From: Octopus bimaculoides
Lineage: Eukaryota
Assembly (NCBI RefSeq): GCF_001194135.2
Contig: NC_068981.1
Location: 11,349,039 to 11,413,038 of the forward strand
Length of the DNA: 64,000 bases
Direction of reading: 5' to 3'
How positions within the stretch are numbered: position 1 is the stretch's first letter; each line of letters begins with the position of its first letter. Below the pieces are notes generated by a model, which did no database searches, had not been told where the DNA came from, and saw only the letters and a program-made list of their open reading frames with translations. Shown piece after piece: positions 56,150 to 64,000 of the stretch. Position numbers and translations under genes: made by a program.

Positions 56150-56395
56150 CAGTGAGCCAGCAGAATCGTTGGCACGCAGAATCGATTGCACGTTTTTAAA
56201 TTCGGAGCTCAAATTCCGTCTAGTCCAACTTTGCTTTTCATCTTTTCTGAGTTCACCCAAGTACTGGCCCAAGTAATGGAATCGATGTTATCAACTTCTT
56301 GCTCCTCTCAAAATCTGTTGGCCCAAGTAATGGAGTCGATGTTATCGACTTCTTGCTTCTCTCAAAATCTGTTGGCTTTGTGCCCAATAATTTGT
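56150..56395 (+). mobile_element. Diverged SINE family B with an internal 54-bp tandem duplication
   Basis: gagccagcagaatcgtt.gcacg head; units 56265-56318 and 56319-56372 differ at 3 positions. Confidence 0.8.
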
Positions 56396-57229
56396 CACCA
56401 TTATTTCATCTATTGTTCCTTACAGCATAAAAAATGAAAAGATAATATAAACACATAGAGCCGGTTTCCTGTCTAATCTGGCCTATACATTTCCCAAACA
56501 CTGTGCAGGTCACCTGTCCATCAGAAGTTTATTTACTTATGCCATCTGAATTAACTGGATCAAATGAACTGAAATCTAGTGAAATGAAGTGTTTTGCTCA
56601 AAAACCAAAAACGCGTCACTAGTTCCAGGAATTGAAATCACCATCCTAATATTAAGCTATGTACGTTCTCTTTTTGTCTTTGCAGGCCGAATGAGATTTA
56701 ATAACCTTTCTTTTGATGAAAATCGTTTTAAGAAATTGTTTCTGCGCGGTCGTATCAATTCACTTTTAAGTGCAAAATTCCGTCTCTCAGCTTCAACCAA
56801 TGTCCGTGTAACTCTTTCTCTTCCCAATTATATCATCTGTCGTTCTTCATTGCGTTAAAAAAAAATATATTTTCTTCAATACCAGCACATTCACATTTAA
56901 CAAACTTCCGCTTTTCTCAGTAAATAGAACCACTCGATATTAAATTTCGGATGTGTGCGATACAGATTGTGAGCAGCCTCCTAGTTGTTTTAACTAATTC
57001 ACTTATTCTATCTTTGTCATTTTAAAGAAAGGTGCAGAATATTATCTTAACGTTACTATGACCTAAATATCGATTACCTTCAAGATGTTGGTTTCTTAAA
57101 TAAACAAAAAATTTCAAAACTGATAGAATGAAACTGGCTAATATCGATCTGAGTATTTGACTCGTACTTTATTCTATCGACTCCAAAATGATGAGAGTCT
57201 AAATGACCGACATTAGAGGAATATAAATT

Positions 57230-59000
57230 CACAACTTAACGAGCCACTTCTATCAACAATACTTCCTCCACTTATTTTTGTTTTAAGTAGCTTTTTATCT
57301 CTGCTCTTTACCCCCTGGAGACTTGTATTTTCTTTTCCCTTTATTTTATCATTACGTTGGGTACTTAGGCATTTGTATCTTCCACAGAATTTCAACAGTA
57401 TTGTCGTGTAGTATCTTTATCCTACCACGTTTAATCTTTCGATTTCAAGTCATAATTTATTCTGATCAATTATCGAATCTAATCTGACTACTAATAACCT
57501 TGCAACTCTTTCTCTTTCCAGATTGAACAAGAGATTTATCATCATCTACATGGCTGATATATAATTTAATATCATTCATATACAGCAGATAGTATATTGT
57601 CTCACCGTTCTTAGAAAAATCACTTGCAGCATGTTGATTTTTCGCAACCAGCTTGCCGAAGATCTTAATGCCATCTCGATTCTTAAGGAGAGAACGAATG
57701 TCCCTGCAATATTCTTCTCTGGATATTCACATTTCACAGGAGACCACTTCCCCTCTTTAGTTCTTCTTGCCACAATGCCATCACTTTTTTTTCTAAAGCA
57801 AAAGCATGATTATCCTCTCATAGGCACAAGAATATATAAATAGTTTGGAAGTGAAAACTGTGATTCACTACCGCGCATTTTTTGTAGTAAATCCACCTAT
57901 TAGCTACGCTATTCATCCTTATCCTAACCTCACCTAGTAATGTTCTATGAATACAAAACACGTCAGCTCTTCCCCTTCGTTTTCCAGCACTCTCCTTGCC
58001 CTTCTGCAATACTTTCCCTTTCAGAAAGGTATGTAATCTTTTAATATGAGACCAATTCGCTAAAATAAGCATATATATGAGTACAATAACTCTCTTCCCT
58101 CCCCTTTTCGTTATCCTTCACTATCCTTCGATACATCATCCATATTAGTATTCCATTTTCTACACTGTCTGTAAGAAATAATTGTATATAACTGTGTGCA
58201 ACATTAAAACCTGAATCCCTGGATATCACCTGGTCAAGGTTTCCACTATCATACATTTTCAAGCATCTTTTCATTTTCCCTAACATTTCCTCAAAGCAAG
58301 AGAACATTTACATTCTCTCGCGTTGACCTATTTTTCGTTACACCTTTAAACTCCCGTAGCCAATAATTTTCACAACGGTTCTGGGCCTCCAAACTCATAA
58401 TATCTGATCAAAAGTTCGTTGCTAATCAAGCGTTTGGTATTTTACTCTCTTGATATCCTTCTGCATTATTAATCTTCTGTAGAAATCCATTCCATTATTT
58501 TCTAATCTAATTGTTCTGTTGATTCCTATTCATTCGTTTGTATCTAGTATTTTAAACGGATTTTGCTTTATTATTTTTTTCTTATCTCGGCATTATTTTG
58601 GCTGCCGTTAAACCTTCTGTTTCAAATATTGCTCTTTCTTTGAAACGCATTCTCATATCTTTCCCTCACCTCCCTCGTTTTCACTTATAATTTTTTTTTT
58701 CTTCCATGATTATTTTTTGATCCGCTTAATTTAATTTCTCAAGACCCCTTTTCCACCATGGGTTTTAAATACTTTTTTTTAGCTCTACATTTATTTTCAA
58801 AATTTTATTCAGTAACAAAGGCTACACAGTATATGAAGTCATTAATTTCTGTTATTTTCTCAACTTTGATTTTAGCTCAGAGTTTATCCTCTTTCGGTAT
58901 TGATTTTTGGAACTTTTCTCTTCCAATTCCTGTCAAAGCTGATAATTTCGTTTCATCCGTATTTCCTGTCTAATTCAAACATTGAAGTAATCTCCTTTAC
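57230..59000 (-). mobile_element. Heavily decayed R4/Dong-type LINE: N-terminal region through RT thumb
   Basis: Minus-strand motifs in correct order: ITEINDFIYCVA, PWWKRGLE, RYKRMNRNQQN..FLQKIN..IPN..NF*SDI..WL, KM..SGNLDQV..AH..WM..KDNEKG, KG..RG..DV..I.RTLL.EVR.R..WIYYKK..V.HS, IQRRILQGHSFSP, YLLYMNDIKLY, YKCLS..KKLLKTKISGG. Confidence 0.8.
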
Positions 59001-59601
59001 TCTTCACAGATATCCTTTCCCTTCACAAGGGAAAACTATTTTCAACTTCACTACTACTTCTTTCTTCCTGTTAATTCACTGATATTTTTTGTCAGTTCTT
59101 GTTAAGTTCCTCGCCTACGTGATCAGTTTCTTTATCCTACGTTACTCTGACGATCCCTTCCAGCTACAACTAAGATAAATATGATTTTCTCATTGCTTAA
59201 TTTAAAAAAAAAAAGGATATCTTTGTTCTCTATTTTGGAATGCGTCCGTATCCATCCATATATAACACATTTCCTTTCTGTGTCTTGTTTTTACATCGCA
59301 CAGTTCTTTAGTAATATTCTATAAAATTTCTGCTGTCCCTTTGAGACCACCTTCCTAGACAGTAATTGAATAAGAACCATCACATCCTCGTGTATGATGG
59401 AGCATGCCGTGCAAGACACCATCATGTGGGAATCGAGAATCATTAACGCAGTTATGAAATAAATTTTTATCTCGCAGTACACTTTAGTTTTACATTTGAT
59501 ACTATTTTGGTCTAATTTAAGAGCTCTACGATGAGAGGATACTAGCAACGTTTTCGGTTTGCTTTTGTATAGCGACAAACTTACGAACATATCTTCTTGA
59601 T

Positions 59602-59633
<32 letters not shown>

Positions 59634-59659
59634 TGTAGTAGTAGTAGTAGTAGTAGTAC

Positions 59660-59693
<34 letters not shown>

Positions 59694-59752
59694 TGTATTT
59701 GTTGTCGTTATTGGTATCCTTGTTGTTGTTATTGATCTCGCTGTTGTTGCGG

Positions 59753-59784
<32 letters not shown>

Positions 59785-59862
59785 CTCCTCCCCTCTTCTT
59801 CTTCTTCTTCTTCTTCTTCTTCTTCTTCTTCTTCTTCTTCTTCTCCTCCTCCTCCTCCTTCT
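59602..59862. repeat. Compound trinucleotide array (TAG)n-(GTT)n-(TTC)n-(CTC)n
   Basis: Directly visible. Confidence 0.97.
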
Positions 59863-60137
59863 TCTTTCTCGTCCTTCTCATGATATTGGAAAATGTTGAT
59901 CCTCATATATAGAAACACAGATTGTGAATGGCAGCAGCTTAACTTACCACCGGTGTTCTGTGCCGCCTTAGAGCTTCTAGCCGAACACTTCTAATATACG
60001 CCTATCAATTTCTTGTTTTCGCAGAGTAGCTGCAGTATAAAGACATAAGCAAACTAATGTCAGGTGCTGTACACAACCACACATTCAATCACTTTTTCTC
60101 TCTCTTGCAAACGCACAGACACACACAGATACATACA

Positions 60138-60169
<32 letters not shown>

Positions 60170-60603
60170 NNNNNNNNNNNNNNNNNNNNNNNNNNNNNNN
60201 NNNNNNNNNNNNNNNNNNNNNNNNNNNNNNNNNNNNNNNNNNNNNNNNNNNNNNNNNNNNNNNNNNNNNNNNNNNNNNNNNNNNNNNNNNNNNNNNNNNN
60301 NNNNNNNNNNNNNNNNNNNNNNNNNNNNNNNNNNNNNNNNNNNNNNNNNNNNNNNNNNNNNNNNNNNNNNNNNNNNNNNNNNNNNNNNNNNNNNNNNNNN
60401 NNNNNNNNNNNNNNNNNNNNNNNNNNNNNNNNNNNNNNNNNNNNNNNNNNNNNNNNNNNNNNNNNNNNNNNNNNNNNNNNNNNNNNNNNNNNNNNNNNNN
60501 NNNNNNNNNNNNNNNNNNNNNNNNNNNNNNNNNNNNNNNNNNNNNNNNNNNNNNNNNNNNNNNNNNNNNNNNNNNNNNNNNNNNNNNNNNNNNNNNNNNN
60601 NNN

Positions 60604-60637
<34 letters not shown>

Positions 60638-61280
60638 GCACACACAATCACCCACAAGGTACTCCCAAGCAGTTTCTTGCCACAGAATTTATGCAAAAAG
60701 GTATTGGTTGATCGGAGGCGATTGTGGAAGATACTTGCCAAAAGGGTCTTAAAGGACGGCTGAAGCAGAAAGAACGTTAATAGGTTCCAATGGAACATAT
60801 TAACCATGCAACCATGCTGGCATCTAAAATATTTTCTGAGAAACACACATGCTGACTCACTTGTACGGAACAGATTGTATTCTATAATTCCGAAGAACTA
60901 CAACGACGTTATTGAAGTAGAAATTGTTGGAAAAATTTGACCTAAACGTGAATTGATGTGACTGCATTTCCCTTAACTCAAAAGAAAGCCGTGGAAATGA
61001 CTACGTATTTATTAGTCTGAGACAGAGAGAGAGACAATATACTAACGACATTCTTGAGACTGCTTTCACAACCCAAATTAAATATACCTTTCATAGTGAT
61101 AGTAATTTAATTTGTCTAACAATAAAATTACACAAACATTAAATATAACAGTTGATGTTACACTTTACTGCCTTAGACTTATTTCATTGCTTTTAAGTAT
61201 TTTGAAAGAAATAATGGCTAAGGTAATAATCACTGAACCTAAATTGTTTTCTATGTATACATATGTGTGTATACCAATCG

Positions 61281-61317
<37 letters not shown>

Positions 61318-61715
61318 NNNNNNNNNNNNNNNNNNNNNNNNNNNNNNNNNNNNNNNNNNNNNNNNNNNNNNNNNNNNNNNNNNNNNNNNNNNNNNNNNNN
61401 NNNNNNNNNNNNNNNNNNNNNNNNNNNNNNNNNNNNNNNNNNNNNNNNNNNNNNNNNNNNNNNNNNNNNNNNNNNNNNNNNNNNNNNNNNNNNNNNNNNN
61501 NNNNNNNNNNNNNNNNNNNNNNNNNNNNNNNNNNNNNNNNNNNNNNNNNNNNNNNNNNNNNNNNNNNNNNNTATATATACATATATATATATATATATAA
61601 TATATGTATATCAATATAATTATATACATGTATGTATACATATATGTTTATGTATATATGCGTGTATATAGATATAGGTCTCTCTCTCTCTCTCTCTCTT
61701 TCTCTCACTCTCTCT

Positions 61716-61748
<33 letters not shown>

Positions 61749-62620
61749 GGCGGATATTTTAACTACAACAGAGTGACCACATAACCGCCGGAAATAACGT
61801 CTGTCAACATATCCTGTGCAATGAAAGAGAATGAACTTTCAAAACAAATTTGCCATATGTTGTTATATGTTCCTGGATAACAAAAAGATGCAGCTAAATG
61901 TAGAGGACATAACGTATGACAAGAGATTTCTATTTGCGTGATTTCACTTCGGAATCCAAGCAATCTATTGTAGAAATGAGTGCCGTTGTATAAAAATATT
62001 TGATCGGTAGCGTTACACACCAATGGTATTACTACTATCATCCTATATTATTCCATGTGAATTCATGGTCAAATGTTGAAAGCTGAATGTGTGAAATTGA
62101 TAGACCTTTCGAGGCTAAGATGAAGAGCCAGCACTTCCTAAATATTATCAACAATGAAACTAAATACTTAATTAATTTATTCGGACATTCTTCCATTCCT
62201 GCTAACATCAGGAGCGTTATTCACATGAGACTATTTACACAATTGCTTGACACATAAGAAACAGCAAAGCAATACATTGTAAATGACACTCTGCCATCTT
62301 AAAATGAAAGGAAATATCAAACTCTGTCCTCCTGGATACACTGTCCCACAATAAAACTGTGCTTCTCATGAATGTAACCCCTCATGTTCCTGGTTCCCGT
62401 AAACAGAGTTTATCTCAACGGAACCTAATACTCCCAGCAACAACAAAGGGTCTTTTCACCATGCAAACCATTATGGACCATGGATATTCATTATTTGATG
62501 TAGTTCCGTTAGAGTTATGTACATGCATACCTCATACCACAGGAAGGTATATATATGAGTACCTAAACATGTATACATATTTATCTATCTGTACATATAG
62601 GTATACCTACATACATACGT

Positions 62621-62653
<33 letters not shown>

Positions 62654-62674
62654 AACATATACAAATATATATGG

Positions 62675-62717
<43 letters not shown>

Positions 62718-62830
62718 ACTATGTATGCAAGTAATCATATGTGTGCGTATGTAACTATATATATAAATGATTGAGGTAGCTATTCGCAATTTACAACCGA
62801 AAGCAACAAGTATAGTTGTCATTAAAATCT

Positions 62831-63115
62831 GGGTGGGTGTTAGTAAACACCAGCATTGCTAGAAATAAAACTCAAAACATCTCTTAACCATGTCAGAGCA
62901 CTTATCTAACGACTGACATAGGAGACAAGCTCCCTACAGGAAGCGGTTGTAAAATGTGTGTAGTAACTTTAAAAATGTATAATTCTCACTTCACCATTTT
63001 CGCAATCAGTAGGGAGCTTGTGTCCTTTGTGAGTTGTTAGAAAAGTGCTCTGACATGCCTATGAGTTGGTTTGACTCTTATTTCTAGTAATGCTAGTGCT
63101 GGCTAGCACCCGCAC
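62831..63115. mobile_element. ~285-bp foldback / MITE-like element with long imperfect inverted arms
   Basis: 62849-62939 is the reverse complement of 63007-63097 at roughly 80% identity by eye (gcatt.ctagaaataa, catgtcagagcactt.tctaac, acaagctccctac); pairing extends outward and inward, leaving a ~25-nt loop. Confidence 0.85.
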
Positions 63116-63134
63116 TCACTTTGGTGACGACTAA

Positions 63135-63308
63135 TCATCATCATTATCATCATCATTATCGTCGTCGTTTGACTTTCGCTTTCCATGCTGGCATGGGTTG
63201 GACGGTTTCACTGAGGACTGGCAAGCCGGGCGGATGCACCTGGTTTCAATCTGACCTGCCAAGGTTTCTATGGCTGAATGCCCTTCCTAACGCCAACTAT
63301 TCGGAGAT
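63135..63308 (-). mobile_element. SINE or RTE-type 3' end with (GAT)n tail
   Basis: Reverse complement reads ttggcgttaggaagggcattcagcc...ccgtccaacccatgccagcatggaaagcg...aaacga(cga/tga)n. Confidence 0.8.
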
Positions 63309-63310
63309 TT

Positions 63311-64000
63311 GATATTGCTGCACTTCTTATGTGTCCATAGCTTACACTGTGTACACCTTGTGAAGTTTCCACTTACGCTTTTTCTACAGATCGAGCAGGG
63401 CCATCTACCTAAAGAGACTTGTGATTTGTCTGCCTTCCTAATTCTAAGAATTTGGTTTTTGCTAGATTGATTCTAAGGCCCCTCGATTCTAAACCATGCT
63501 TCCAAATTTGAAACTTCTTCTTTAGTTCTTGTAGTGACTCAGCTATTAGAGCAAGGTCATCAGCATAGTAAGATAAATTTAATCATTGTTTGTTAAGAGT
63601 GGGTTTCCAGGGGCATCCTGTTTTGAATTCCTCTATTATTTCCTGGAGGATTATGATGAATAAGAAGGGGGCTAGGGACTGATCTTTGGTGAAGACACGC
63701 TTCAATCCGATATGCTTCACTATAATCGTTACCAACCCTCATCTTACTAATAGCATCCTTGTACATGGCATGTACAGCTCTCACCAACCACTCATCTGTC
63801 CCTAGTTTCCGCATTGACCACCAGATAAAGGATTGGGGGACCCTGTCAAAGCCTCTCCCCATGTCAACAAAAGCCAAATACAGAGATTTATATTTGGCTA
63901 GGAATTTCTTATGCAACTCTCTTAACAGAAATATAGCATCAGCGGTGATTCTCCCTGGCACAAACCCAAACTGAATCTCATCTAAACTAACTCTCTCCCT
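63311..64000 (-). mobile_element. Decayed RTE-clade LINE RT with Cys/His-rich segment (continues beyond the window)
   Basis: GFVPGRITADAIFLLREL, AFVDM.RGFDRVP, LHQRSVPSPLL, GCPW..YADDLALIAE (63539-63567), GLRINLAKTKF, WPCSICRK..RCTQCKLWTHKKCSNI (63311-63405). Confidence 0.92.

Overview
This is AT-rich, repeat-saturated animal genomic DNA from a draft assembly, with 11 N-gaps totalling about 4.6 kb, most edged by (TA)n. The SINE sequences and heavy microsatellite load suggest an octopus or other coleoid cephalopod; that is an inference from recalled repeat families, not a database search. I found no recognisable intact host gene, rRNA, true tRNA or CRISPR array. All recognisable coding sequence is decayed transposon: two Penelope-like retroelements of different clades, five R4/Dong-type LINE pieces (three bordered by (TAA)n arrays), RTE and CR1 LINE fragments, a Helitron PIF1 helicase relic, a separate Helitron-like 3' terminus, three DD37D/maT-type and one mariner transposase relic, and at least three tRNA-derived SINE families. 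The best leads are a head-to-tail R4/Dong cluster in a TAA array, a degenerate minimal hammerhead motif next to a probable Naiad-type PLE fragment, a ~285-bp foldback element, nested and inverted SINEs, a duplicated flank-plus-SINE block, and weak minus-strand exon and LRR candidates. I see no firm evidence for a wholly new biological system. Most long ORFs in the supplied track are microsatellite or N-gap artefacts.
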